Below are positions 36,681 to 46,396 of a stretch of 64,000 nt of DNA, piece after piece. This DNA is from an uncultured Acidobacteriota bacterium (GTDB lineage: Bacteria > Acidobacteriota > Thermoanaerobaculia > Multivoradales > UBA5704). A program made the position numbers and the translations under genes. The stretch is taken from NCBI GenBank assembly GCA_963770895.1, contig CAVYRF010000002.1:768001-832000 (forward strand), given 5' to 3'. Each line of letters opens with the position of its first letter. The first letter of the stretch is position 1. The notes under the pieces are model-generated. The model saw only the letters and a list, made by a program, of their open reading frames with translations, was not told where the DNA came from and did not search any database.

Positions 36681-37046
36681 ATGGCGACCATCAAAGCCAG
36701 TTTGGACACACTGATGGAGCTCGACGGCGCGATCGGGGCCTGCGTCGTCGACAGCAACAGCGGCATGGTGCTGGCACAGACCGGCGGCGGCCCGTCGCTC
36801 AACCTGGAGATCGCCGCGGCCGGCAACACCGAAGTCGTGCGCGCCAAGCGCAAGACCATGAAGAACCTGGACCTGAAGGACAGCATCGAAGACATCCTGA
36901 TCACCCTCAGCCGCCAGTACCACCTCATCCGCCTGCTGTCGACCAACGACGCGCTGTTCATCTACATGGTGCTCGACAAGGCAAAATCCAACCTGGCCAT
37001 GGCGCGCATCGCGCTCGCCGGCTGCGACAAGGACATGGTCATCTAA
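36681..37046 (+). CDS. Roadblock/LC7-like small protein
   Basis: DGAIGACVVD..SGM.L, AAAGNTEVVRAK, IEDILITL..QYHLIR, LFIY.VLD. Confidence 0.82.
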   Translation: MATIKASLDTLMELDGAIGACVVDSNSGMVLAQTGGGPSLNLEIAAAGNTEVVRAKRKTMKNLDLKDSIEDILITLSRQYHLIRLLSTNDALFIYMVLDKAKSNLAMARIALAGCDKDMVI

Positions 37047-37094
37047 AACTTAATCGCCGGCGCTTTAGCCCGGAACAAGAAAGGGACCCATCGG

Positions 37095-37463
37095 ATGGCA
37101 TCAGAAAAGCAGATCGTCGAAGTGATCGAAAAGATTGCTGCTGACATGAACGGATTTATCGCCGCTTCGCTGGTGGACATGGAGTCGGGCTTGACGCTGG
37201 GCGCCAAAAGCAACCGGTCCGAGTTCGACCTCAACGTGGCCAGCGCCTACAACAGCGAGCTGGTCAAGCAGAAGCTCAAGATCATGAAGGCGCTCAACCT
37301 CAAGTCGACGCTGGAAGACATCCTGCTGACGCTGTCCGACCAGATCCACATCATCAAGATTATTTCCCCCAATGTCTTTCTGTACCTGGCGGCGGATCGG
37401 GAGAACACCAACCTGGCAATTGTGCGCTCAGCCATCCTGAAGCACGTCGCCGCCCTGCGGTAG
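37095..37463 (+). CDS. Roadblock/LC7-like small protein, paralog 2
   Basis: GFIAASLVD.ESG, LEDILLTLSDQIHII; aligns by eye with 36681-37046. Confidence 0.82.
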   Translation: MASEKQIVEVIEKIAADMNGFIAASLVDMESGLTLGAKSNRSEFDLNVASAYNSELVKQKLKIMKALNLKSTLEDILLTLSDQIHIIKIISPNVFLYLAADRENTNLAIVRSAILKHVAALR

Positions 37464-37486
37464 GCAAGGGGGAGGGCGGTAGCAGA

Positions 37487-38311
37487 GTGGTCAAAGGACA
37501 TCTCGAAAACGTCGGCCTGGCGGCCTTCACCCAGCTCCTGGCGGCTGAGAGGGAAACCTGCACGCTGACCGTGCAGGCGGTGGATCGCGCCGGTACGATG
37601 CGTTTTCTGCGCGGCGAGCTGATCGACGCGCAGGCCGGCAGCCAGCGGGGCGAAGAGGCGGCCATCGAGATCTTCGGTTGGGGCATCGCCAACGTCGACA
37701 TGGGCAGCCTGTGGCACCAGGCCCGGCGCACCATCACCTCGTCGCTCACCTACCTGCTCATCGAAGCGATGCGCCGGCGCGACGAAGAGATCCGCGACGA
37801 TCCCGACGCCGGCGCTCCCCACCCGATCCCCGCGATCGCAGCGAGCGGTGCCCGCGGCGCCGGCGCCTCGGGCACCGGACAGCACCCGACCGTCGGCGGC
37901 CATCCGGCACAGGACCTGGTCGCCGCGTTGGCGCGCAGCATCGAAGGCTTCATCGCCGCCTTCGCGGTGGACGTCGCCACAGGCCTGGCGGTTGCCACGC
38001 AGGGCAACCGCGCCGCCCTCGACCTGGAGCTGGCCAGCTCCGGCAGCCGCGACAGCCTGCACCACGCGACGGACCTGCTCGGCGCACTGCAGGTCGGCTC
38101 CAGCCTGGAAGAGCTGGCCTTCACCTTGAGCGACCAGCTGCACATCATCAAGCCTTCCGGCAGCGGCATCTTTGTGTACCTGGTCGTGGATCGCGAGCGC
38201 ACCAGCTATCCGCAGGCGAAGGCGACGCTGCAGCAGCTGTGGCCGGCTTTCGAGGCCGACGTGGCACGCTCCACGCCGTTGCCGGAAACCTCGCGCGCCG
38301 CGCGAGCGTAG
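37487..38311 (+). CDS. DUF4388 (PATAN-like) domain fused to a Roadblock-like domain
   Basis: N-term G.L...L..F.QLL..E..TC.L...G...F..GEL.DA...GEEAA; C-term GFIAAFAVD...LEELAFTLSDQLHII, paralogous to 37095-37463. Confidence 0.78.
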   Translation: MVKGHLENVGLAAFTQLLAAERETCTLTVQAVDRAGTMRFLRGELIDAQAGSQRGEEAAIEIFGWGIANVDMGSLWHQARRTITSSLTYLLIEAMRRRDEEIRDDPDAGAPHPIPAIAASGARGAGASGTGQHPTVGGHPAQDLVAALARSIEGFIAAFAVDVATGLAVATQGNRAALDLELASSGSRDSLHHATDLLGALQVGSSLEELAFTLSDQLHIIKPSGSGIFVYLVVDRERTSYPQAKATLQQLWPAFEADVARSTPLPETSRAARA

Positions 38312-38430
38312 CTGCAGGAAGAGACGTCGCGCGCGGCCGGCCTCCGCCGGACCGGTGTCGCCGCGCCACCGCGCCATCGCGCCACCCCACCGACACCGCC
38401 ATCGCCGGGCGCGCAACAGGGAGCCACCGC

Positions 38431-40034
38431 ATGGAAAGTCTTTTCCGAGACCTGCGCCTGGGGGGTCCGCACGCTGCTGCGGAGTCCTGCCACCAGCGGC
38501 GTGATCGTGCTCACCCTGGCGCTCGGCATCGGCGCCAACAGCGCGATCTTCAGCGTCGTCAACGGCGTGCTGCTCAGGCCGCTGCCGTTCCCCCATCCCG
38601 AGCAGCTGGCGGCGGTGATCGACAGCGCGCCCAAGCTCGGCTATCCGCGCTTCTCCAGCTCGCCGCCCAATTTTCGCGACTGGCGCGAGCAGAACCGGGT
38701 GTTCAGCAGCCTGGATGCGACCAGCGTCGACCGCTACTCCCTGACCGCGCCCGGCGTCGCCCCCGAAGTGATCGCCGGCGCGGCGGTCACCGGCGACTTC
38801 TTCCGTACCATGGGAGTGCGCCCGCTGGCCGGCCGCCTGCTGCAACCCGGCGACGACCGGCCGGGAGGCGAGCGGGTCGCCGTCCTGTCGAGCGGCCTGT
38901 GCCGGCGGCGCTTCGGCGGCGACAGCGCGGCGCTCGGCCGCCGCATCGTGCCTCGTCGCCCTCAATCCGGACGCGATCCCGCGCAGCGAGCAGATCGGCC
39001 TGGATGCGCGCGTGCTCGCCTACACGTTCGCCGTGTCGCTGGGCCTGGGGATCCTGGTGGGTCTGCTGCCGGCGCTGTCGGTATCCGGCGGGCGCGGCGG
39101 GCGCCTGGTTGGCGCGATCAAGGAGGGCGGGCGCGCGGTGGCGGGCGGCCGCCGCGGGCGCCTGGCCCGCAACGGCCTGGTGCTGGCCGAAGTGGCGCTG
39201 GCGCTGATTCTACTGATGGGCGCCAGCCTCCTGTTGCGCAGTTTTGCCCGCTTGCAGTCCGTCGATCCCGGCTTCGCGGCGGATGGCCTGCTGACCGCCC
39301 TGGTCAACGTCCCCGAGGCACGATACCCGACCGATGCGCAGCAGGCAGGTTTTTTCCGCGACGCCCTGGAGCGCATCCGCGCCCTGCCTGGCGTGCAGCG
39401 CGCAACCTCGGTGTTTCCGCTGCCGCTCGGCGGCAGGTTTGTCCTCTCCTTCGACGTCGCCGGGCGGCCGGCGCCGCGGCCGGGTGAGAGCCTGGACGCC
39501 AACGTCAAGATCGTCAGCCCCGACTACTTCCGCACCATGGGCATCCCAAGCGTCCGGGGGCGAGTCATCGCCGAGCGGGACGACGCCCACAGCGAGCGCG
39601 TGCTGGTCATCAACCGCGCCATGGCGGCCAAGTTCTGGCCGCGCCAGGATCCGCTCGGCCAGCGCATCACCTTTGACAACCCGGCCAGGAGCAACGCGCA
39701 CTGGCTCACCATCGTCGGCGTGGTGGGCGACACGCGCACCGCCAAGCTCAGCCAGGAGCCCGAATCCGAGTGCTACTGGCCGGAGGCGCAAAACCCGGCC
39801 AACAGCGCGACGCTCGTCCTGCGCACCACCGGCGATCCGCGGCGCCTGGTCGAGCCCCTGCGGCGCGCGATCGCGGGGCTGGACGCCGACATCCCGCTCG
39901 ATCACGTGAGCACCGACCCGTGGACCTGGGTCGGCGTGCCGCTGCTGCTGGCGCTGGTCGGGCTGGTCGCCAATTGGCTGCCGGCGCGGCGCGCCTCGCT
40001 GGTCGATCCGCTGGAGGCGCTGCGCAACGAATGA
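38431..40034 (+). pseudogene. ADOP (acidobacterial duplicated orphan permease) remnant
   Basis: MESLFRDLR...LTLALGIGANSAIFSVV..VLLRPLP, LV.AEVALA..LL.GA.LL.RSF, PARRA..VDP..ALR.E. Frameshift at the G-run 38460-38465 and abrupt junctions at ~38950 and ~39910. Confidence 0.85.
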
Positions 40035-40042
40035 GCGGCGGG

Positions 40043-40078
40043 CTCCCCGCTCGCCGTACCAAAGGGGCGAGCGGGGAG
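40043..40078. terminator. Hairpin between convergent genes
   Basis: CTCCCCGCTCGCC-N10-GGCGAGCGGGGAG, 13-bp stem, no U-tract. Confidence 0.6.
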
Positions 40079-40132
40079 GGCGCCGTGAGGCTCGTCGAGC
40101 GACGTCAGGCGCCGAACGTCAGGCGCAAGGCG

Positions 40133-43100
40133 TCAGAAGCGGGTGCCGATCCAGAAGTCGGTGGCCAGGCTCTGGGTGGTCTTGATCGTGGTGACCTTGG
40201 CCAGGTCCAGGTTGAGGTCCAGACCGAGCAGGTTGACGGTGAAACCGCCGCCGTACGAAGCGATGCCGTCGATCAGAGCGTGTTGCTTCTCCGAGTAGAA
40301 CTGGAAGCTTTCGACCTGGTGGAACCAGGCGCCGCCGGTGTCGATGAAGAGATTGCCGCGGATGCTGCGGAAGCCCAGGACCGGGGTGTTCAGGACGTCG
40401 ATCAGCGGGAACCTGAACTCGGCGTTGGCGAAGAACGCGCGGTCGCCGATCAGCGACCGGAAGTCGACGCCGCGGATGGTGTCCAGGCCGCCGATGAAGA
40501 ACGGCGTCGGCCGGCTGCCGTCGGCCAGGCCGCCCCAGACGCGGAAGGCGAAGTTGCTGCGCTGGGTCAGTTGGAAGTACTTGCGCGCGTCGACCTGGAC
40601 GTTCGAATAGAGCGTCGAGCCGCCGCCGTTGACGCCTGGCGCGTACAGCGCATCCAGGCGATAGCGTGCGCCGGTGAACGGACCGTAGCCGGCATCCAGG
40701 CTGGAGTCGCCGACCAGGGCCGCGGTCACCACCGGGAAGTTGTCGTCCGAAGGCGTGATGACCGGCGCCGAGGCGCCGGTGGGCAGCGACAGGACTTCCG
40801 TATAGTTGATGCGACGGATCATGTAGCCCAAGCCAAGCTCGAAGCGGTGATAGAACGAGATCGGCAGCGTCAGGTTGCCGATCACCCCAGTCTCCTCGAA
40901 GACCTGGGCGCCGCGCACCACCTGCAGGCTCGAATTCAGGTTGTAGCCGATGTAGTACTCGCGCAGGTCGAAGGCCCGCACCGACCATTGGATCCGGTTG
41001 GCAAGATCGGCGTAGATCAGGTTGAAGTTGGAGTAGGTCTCGATGGCCGAGAAGTCGGCGATGATGCGGTGGTCGCCCAGCTGGTCGGAGAAGGTGAGCA
41101 GGATGCGCCCGGTATAGGTGTTCTGGGTGTCGATGCCGGCGTAGGCCGCGGCGTCTTCCAGGAAGAACTTGTAGCCGCCGTAGTTGCCCATGTTGGCCCG
41201 GTCGATGGTCACCTGGATGTCGGGCTCGAACGGCGCCAGGTCGGGCTCGCCGGCGGAAGGCGCGGTCGGACCGCCGGCGGTGGTCGCCGCCGCGGCAGCT
41301 TCGGCGGCGGTGGTCGCCGCGGCGGTGGCGGGTGCAGCCACCGACGGCGTGCCGGGAGCCGCGGCGGTGCCGGGAGCCGGCGCCGCGGTGCCGGTTTCCG
41401 GTGCTGCCGCGGCGGCCGAGGGCGGCGTGGCGGGCGGTCCACCTGCCGCCACGGCCGCGGCGGCGTTGGCAGCGGAGGAGGATGCCGCGGCGGCGGTGGC
41501 GCTGGCGGCCGTGGTGGCGGCGACGTTGCCGGTGGCGGCAGCGGCGGCGGTGGACCCCGGCACCGTCATGTCGACGACGACGCCGCCGGGCAACGACGGA
41601 CCGGCATGGGCGAACTTGGCGAAGGGCTCGCTGGTCCCCGTCTCGTACAGATCGAAGACGGTCCGCCAGTAGCCGGTGTAGACCAGGCGCTCTTCGCCCT
41701 CCCGCTCCTTGAGCGGCGTCGGCATGAACGCGCCGCTGACGACGTTGGTGTACTGGCGCAGCTCGCCGCTTGCCAGCTCGATGCTGTAGATGTTTTCGCG
41801 CCCGCCGCGATCGGAGGTGAAGTACACGCGCTTGCCGTCGGGCGAATAGATCGGATCGTTTTCGTTGGTGTCGCCGCTGGTGACCGGGATGCGCACCCCG
41901 GGCTTGTCCAGATCGATGCGGAACAGCTTGGCGTGCGAGCCGGCGCCGACGACAGACACGAGGATGATCGACTTGCCGTCGGGTGCGAACGACGGCGCGC
42001 CGTCGAAGATCGTGTCGTCCGTCAACCGGGTGATGGTGGTCGAATCGAGGTCCAGGACGAAGATGTCGAACTTGCCGTCCTTGGTGCCCGAGAACGCCAC
42101 CTTCTTGCCGTCGGGGCTGAAGGCGGGCGCGTTCTCCTGCTCGATCTCGTCCATGTCGATGATGCGGCGGATGCCGCCGTTGACCGCATCCAGGATCAGC
42201 AGGCTGCGGCCGCGTTCGCGCTTGGCAAAGACCGCGATGGAATTGCCATCGGGAGAGAAGGACAGGTCGCGCCCCAGGCGCCGGCCGGTTTCCAGCTCTT
42301 GCGCGATCAGGTACTGGTACTTGCTGGACCAGGGCTTGGTGAGGTTGCGGATCAGGCGCCGCTTGCGGGCGTCGAGCAGCACCACGTCCACCTTGCCGCG
42401 GTAGGCGCTGAAGGAAGCGACCAGGTCGCCCGACGGCGAAGCGACCGGCGAGGTCTCATAGGTGCCGCGGTCTTCCTGCACCCGGAAGATGCGGCCAAAA
42501 TCGCTCGGTTCGCCGGTGGCGATCAGCGATGGCAGGTACTTCTTGCGCAACCATCGTCGGAACTCGGTGTCGAACTCCTCGGCGTCCATCTTGAACGCGC
42601 GTTTGACCGCGCGGTCGACGCGCGAGCCGATGGTGTTGCGCATCTCGAACAGGAAGTCCAGGAAGCCTTCATGCCCCCAGCGGTCTTCGATGAACGCGAA
42701 CACCGCGTGGCCGAAGCGGTAGGCGAAAAACCCGCCGATGTCGACGCGGGTGATCGGGGGAATGATGTCGTTGACCACGGCATCGCGCAGGTACATCGTG
42801 TCGCGCACCTTTTCGTCGCGCCCGACGTAGCTGGCCATGCCCTCGATGAACCAGGTCGGCAGGTTGCTGGACAGGGCCCTGGTCATGCTGCCCTGAAAGA
42901 GGATGTGGTACTGGAAGATGTGGGTCAGCTCGTGGCGGATCAACGCCACCAGCTCGCCGTCGGGATCGTCGATCGGCAGCACCATGCGGAAACGGATCGG
43001 GCTGGCAAAGGCGCCGATGCCTTCGGGGATGAAATCAAGGATGACGTTGTTCTGCTCGAACGCCGAATGGGTGGCGAAGAAGATGAGCGGCGTCGGCTCC

Positions 43101-43537
43101 TTGATTTGAAAATTGAGAAAGCGCGACACGTCGTCGTAGTCGCTTTCGGCGAAGGAGACGACCTTCTGCAGCGACGCCTCTTCCGCCGTGTAGTAGTACA
43201 CGTTGAAGTGCGGCGAATGGTAGATGTGCCAATCGAAGTGGCGGTAGTTGATCTTGTTCTGACCGAAGCCGTACCCCTGGATGTCGGGGCCGAAGCTCTC
43301 CTGCGCCTGGAGCGATGCGGCCCCGGGCGCAAAGGGCGCCAGCGGCGAGACCAGCCCAACCAGCGCCAGCAGCACCACGAGACCCGGCAGCCGGCGCGCG
43401 GCCAGCGCCATTCGCAGCATCCGAGCGGGGCGAGCGGGGCGCGCCGGGAGCGCAGCCGGCAGATCCAGCAGATTGACGCCGCGGGTACGCTCCCGCGGAC
43501 CCGACCGATGGTGTGACAACGGGGATGGGCGGCTCAC
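40133..43537 (-). CDS. Gluzincin peptidase-like + TolB/PD40 propeller + Omp85 (BamA/TamA) barrel protein
   Basis: FGQNKI.Y, HELTH...WFIEGMA, several (F/Y)SPDG repeats, GG...IRG, C-terminal IGTRF; AAAGGAG RBS before the GTG. Confidence 0.85.
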   Translation of the reverse strand: MSRPSPLSHHRSGPRERTRGVNLLDLPAALPARPARPARMLRMALAARRLPGLVVLLALVGLVSPLAPFAPGAASLQAQESFGPDIQGYGFGQNKINYRHFDWHIYHSPHFNVYYYTAEEASLQKVVSFAESDYDDVSRFLNFQIKEPTPLIFFATHSAFEQNNVILDFIPEGIGAFASPIRFRMVLPIDDPDGELVALIRHELTHIFQYHILFQGSMTRALSSNLPTWFIEGMASYVGRDEKVRDTMYLRDAVVNDIIPPITRVDIGGFFAYRFGHAVFAFIEDRWGHEGFLDFLFEMRNTIGSRVDRAVKRAFKMDAEEFDTEFRRWLRKKYLPSLIATGEPSDFGRIFRVQEDRGTYETSPVASPSGDLVASFSAYRGKVDVVLLDARKRRLIRNLTKPWSSKYQYLIAQELETGRRLGRDLSFSPDGNSIAVFAKRERGRSLLILDAVNGGIRRIIDMDEIEQENAPAFSPDGKKVAFSGTKDGKFDIFVLDLDSTTITRLTDDTIFDGAPSFAPDGKSIILVSVVGAGSHAKLFRIDLDKPGVRIPVTSGDTNENDPIYSPDGKRVYFTSDRGGRENIYSIELASGELRQYTNVVSGAFMPTPLKEREGEERLVYTGYWRTVFDLYETGTSEPFAKFAHAGPSLPGGVVVDMTVPGSTAAAAATGNVAATTAASATAAAASSSAANAAAAVAAGGPPATPPSAAAAAPETGTAAPAPGTAAAPGTPSVAAPATAAATTAAEAAAAATTAGGPTAPSAGEPDLAPFEPDIQVTIDRANMGNYGGYKFFLEDAAAYAGIDTQNTYTGRILLTFSDQLGDHRIIADFSAIETYSNFNLIYADLANRIQWSVRAFDLREYYIGYNLNSSLQVVRGAQVFEETGVIGNLTLPISFYHRFELGLGYMIRRINYTEVLSLPTGASAPVITPSDDNFPVVTAALVGDSSLDAGYGPFTGARYRLDALYAPGVNGGGSTLYSNVQVDARKYFQLTQRSNFAFRVWGGLADGSRPTPFFIGGLDTIRGVDFRSLIGDRAFFANAEFRFPLIDVLNTPVLGFRSIRGNLFIDTGGAWFHQVESFQFYSEKQHALIDGIASYGGGFTVNLLGLDLNLDLAKVTTIKTTQSLATDFWIGTRF

Positions 43538-43555
43538 GCGGTCTCCTTTGCGCCT

Positions 43556-44266
43556 TTACTCCGTGAAAAGAATGCGGCTGGCTTCGACCTCTTTCACCGT
43601 GAAGACGTTGACCACACGGTCTTCGAGGGCGCGCAGGTTTTCGAACATTCCCGCCAGGGGATCTGCTTTCTGGCCCTGAAAATTCTGGAAGTCCTTGAAG
43701 TTGTCCTGGTAGAGCAGGGCGCCCGTCTTGCCGTCGTAGACCTGCATCAGGATGTCGTACTGAAAGCCCGTCTGCTCGACCAGCACCTGCCGGTACAGAG
43801 GCTGCGCGCTGTACGGAGAGGTGTACTCCTCGGTCTTGTAGCCGCTGCGGTCCTGCACGTCGAAGTCGATGCCGCCGGTCAGGATGAGGTCGGCATTGGT
43901 GCGCTCGCCGATGCCGCGCCAGAGATCCACGTGGCGAGGCAGCTGCTCGAAATCGTAGGTCGGAAACTCGATCGCACCGGCATCGATCACCTTGAGCTCG
44001 GTTTCCCGCCGCAGCACCTTGAGCAGGTAACGGCCAAATTCCTTCTGCACGTCGATGTTGCGGCCCTGCAGCTTGCTCTCCCCTTCCTTGGTGACCACCG
44101 CGAACTGGGTGACGGCGATCGACTTGCGGCCCTGCAGGTTGAGGCGGGCGCGCTGCGGCAGCTTCAGCTTCACCTCGATCGACCCGGCGAGCAGAGGCGC
44201 CGCCAGCAAGCACAGACCGACGCAGAAACGGAGGACGAAAGACCGGGAACGCTGGTGGCGCTGCAC
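43556..44266 (-). CDS. Exported hypothetical protein (CsgG/TolB-N-like alpha/beta, tentative)
   Basis: AAGGAGG RBS before the GTG at 44266, signal peptide, IAV..F and ADLILTG...DGKTG.LL pattern. Confidence 0.65.
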   Translation of the reverse strand: MQRHQRSRSFVLRFCVGLCLLAAPLLAGSIEVKLKLPQRARLNLQGRKSIAVTQFAVVTKEGESKLQGRNIDVQKEFGRYLLKVLRRETELKVIDAGAIEFPTYDFEQLPRHVDLWRGIGERTNADLILTGGIDFDVQDRSGYKTEEYTSPYSAQPLYRQVLVEQTGFQYDILMQVYDGKTGALLYQDNFKDFQNFQGQKADPLAGMFENLRALEDRVVNVFTVKEVEASRILFTE

Positions 44267-44298
44267 GTGAGTTCCTCCTTGGAGTCCAGCGGCCAGAG

Positions 44299-44916
44299 CT
44301 AGGGCGTGGTCAGCGCGCCCGCGGGCGGCGGCACGTTTGGTGGTGGTGGTTGCGGCGCCACGGTGGGCGGCGCCGGCGGCGTCACCGGCTGCGGCGCCTG
44401 CGGACCCTGCGGCTGGCCGGGGAGCGGCGGCGCCGCCGGCGGCTCGTCCGGCTTGGCGGGCGGCGCGGCGCCGGGCGGGGGCGGGTTGGGGGGGCTGGAA
44501 GAGGCGCCCGACTTGCCCCCGGCCGTTGCCGGCGGCGCCTGCATGCGGCTGCCGAACTTGCCCTCCTTGCCCTTTTGCGGCGTCTTGTAGCTCTGGTAGA
44601 ACTCGACGAAACGGGAGTAGTTGGCCCGCACCTGCTTGTCGTTGGGAGTCAGCTGCAAGGCCTTCTTGTAATACTCCAGCGCTCGCTCGAAGTCGCCACG
44701 AGCCTCGTAGGCGACCGCCAGGTTGCTCTGCACGTGCGAGTTGGAGGGGTCGGCCTTTTCCGCCTGCTGGAAGCGGAAGATCGCTTCGTTCCACAACCCG
44801 CGTTTGGCCATGTCGACGCCAAAGGCAAGGTCGGTGCCGGCGAGGCCTGGCTTGCCATAGCCGGTGCACGACAGAAGCGGTACGGCAGCGACGAGAAACA
44901 CGAGGGCAGCACGCAT
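44299..44916 (-). CDS. TPR lipoprotein with a Pro-rich tail
   Basis: Lipobox LLSC; TPR NLAVAYEARGDFERALEYYKKALQL.P. Confidence 0.82.
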   Translation of the reverse strand: MRAALVFLVAAVPLLSCTGYGKPGLAGTDLAFGVDMAKRGLWNEAIFRFQQAEKADPSNSHVQSNLAVAYEARGDFERALEYYKKALQLTPNDKQVRANYSRFVEFYQSYKTPQKGKEGKFGSRMQAPPATAGGKSGASSSPPNPPPPGAAPPAKPDEPPAAPPLPGQPQGPQAPQPVTPPAPPTVAPQPPPPNVPPPAGALTTP

Positions 44917-45186
44917 CGGCGTCGATTGGCGTATCAAAATCTGGCTCCCGGTATGCAGGGAATCTCCTGTTCTGCGCCGAGTATACATTCTTCTTGCCCG
45001 ACAGCGCATGCCCATTTCGAGGAAACACCAGCTCTCTGCCTCATGAGGCCCGAAAACCCGCCGCCAGGTTCATCGGCGCCGCTTCCAGATTCGTGCTTTT
45101 TTTGCCCTGCCATTTCCGTCTCCCTGGATAAGGAGCAAGCCTCGCACCGCTCCGCCGGCAGCGAGGCAGCCAGAAAGAGGAGACGC

Positions 45187-46215
45187 ATGAGCTGCATACA
45201 TCCCGCCGCCGACCACCCCACCGCCCGCGACCTCTTGATTGCCCTTCATGTCGATCGGCGGCTGCCCCTGGCCCACAAGCGCCGCCTTGCCGCCAGCATC
45301 GTCCGCCGCACCGCTGCGTCCGGCGCGGCCGGCCCCAACCCGCAGCTGCCGCCCGCGGCCGTGGCGCTGCTCGCGCCGCTGCTGCCGCTGGCCGCCGCCG
45401 AAGAGGCCGCCGCCGCCACGTTGGGGGCGCGCCTGGTCACCGTCGCCGACGCCGACTTTCCGCCGGTCCTGGCCCACCTGGCGCAGGCAACGCAGGCGAC
45501 GCAAACGGCAGCCAGCTCGGACGGGCAGCACACGGAGCGCGCGATCGGGCTGGCGCCGCCCTGGGTGTTGACCGTTCGTGGCGCCCTGCCCAGCCTGCCC
45601 GCCGTGGCCATCGTCGGCTCGCGGCAGGCGGATCTCTATGGCCGCGAAACCGCCCGCCGCTTCGCGCAGCAGCTGGCCGGCGCCGGCATCGCGGTGGTAT
45701 CCGGCCTTGCCCGCGGCATCGACGCCGCGGCCCACGCCGGCGCGCTGGCCGCCGGCGGCGGCGTGACCGTCGCCGTGCTGGGCTGCGGCCTGGGTGTCGA
45801 CTATCCGCGCGATCACGCCCAGCTGGCGGCGGCGATCTCGCGGCGTGGCGCCGTCGTCAGCGAATTCACCTGCGACACGCCGCCTCGGCGGTGGCAGTTC
45901 AACCGGCGAGGGCGTACCCTGGCCGCCCTGTGTGCGCTGACTCTGGTGGTGCAGGCGACGCCGCGTTCGGGCGCCTTGGTCACGGCGGCGCACGCCCGCT
46001 CCCTGGGGCGCCTGGTGTGCGCCATTCCCGGACCTGTCGGCACTCCACTCTCGTGGGGGCCCAACTGGCTGCTGCAACAGGGCAGCGCCTGGTTGGTCAG
46101 CGATCCGGGCGACGTCCTCGACCTGCTGACCGGCATTGCCGACGGCCCTTTGCCGCGCCGCGCGCGCCCGCGTGCGCAAGCCCGCGAGCCGCGCGCAAGA
46201 TGCGGCGAAGGGTGA
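45187..46215 (+). CDS. dprA: DNA-processing protein DprA
   Basis: VAIVGSR, VSGLARGID..AH, VAVLGCG, VSEF; upstream of topA. Confidence 0.9.
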   Translation: MSCIHPAADHPTARDLLIALHVDRRLPLAHKRRLAASIVRRTAASGAAGPNPQLPPAAVALLAPLLPLAAAEEAAAATLGARLVTVADADFPPVLAHLAQATQATQTAASSDGQHTERAIGLAPPWVLTVRGALPSLPAVAIVGSRQADLYGRETARRFAQQLAGAGIAVVSGLARGIDAAAHAGALAAGGGVTVAVLGCGLGVDYPRDHAQLAAAISRRGAVVSEFTCDTPPRRWQFNRRGRTLAALCALTLVVQATPRSGALVTAAHARSLGRLVCAIPGPVGTPLSWGPNWLLQQGSAWLVSDPGDVLDLLTGIADGPLPRRARPRAQAREPRARCGEG

Positions 46216-46396
46216 CACCCCGCGGCTTGCGAGCGGCGGCGAGCCGGTGGTACTGTCCGCCCTTCCGGCAGCCGGACCCTTGGCCGGAGCCAGGTCACGC
46301 CGCGCGATGGGGGCGGGGGCATCTCGGGGTCTCCCAAGCGTAGAGAGCGGTGAGGGCACGAAATAAGGAGGGCGCCTCGCGGCGTTGGTAAGCACC

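Noticed and set aside
39770-43516. Very long antisense ORFs (also 50708-54094, 26823-29711, 30714-33275)
   Set aside because: They overlap well-supported genes on the opposite strand or in another frame. Such shadows are expected in high-GC DNA and lack motifs.
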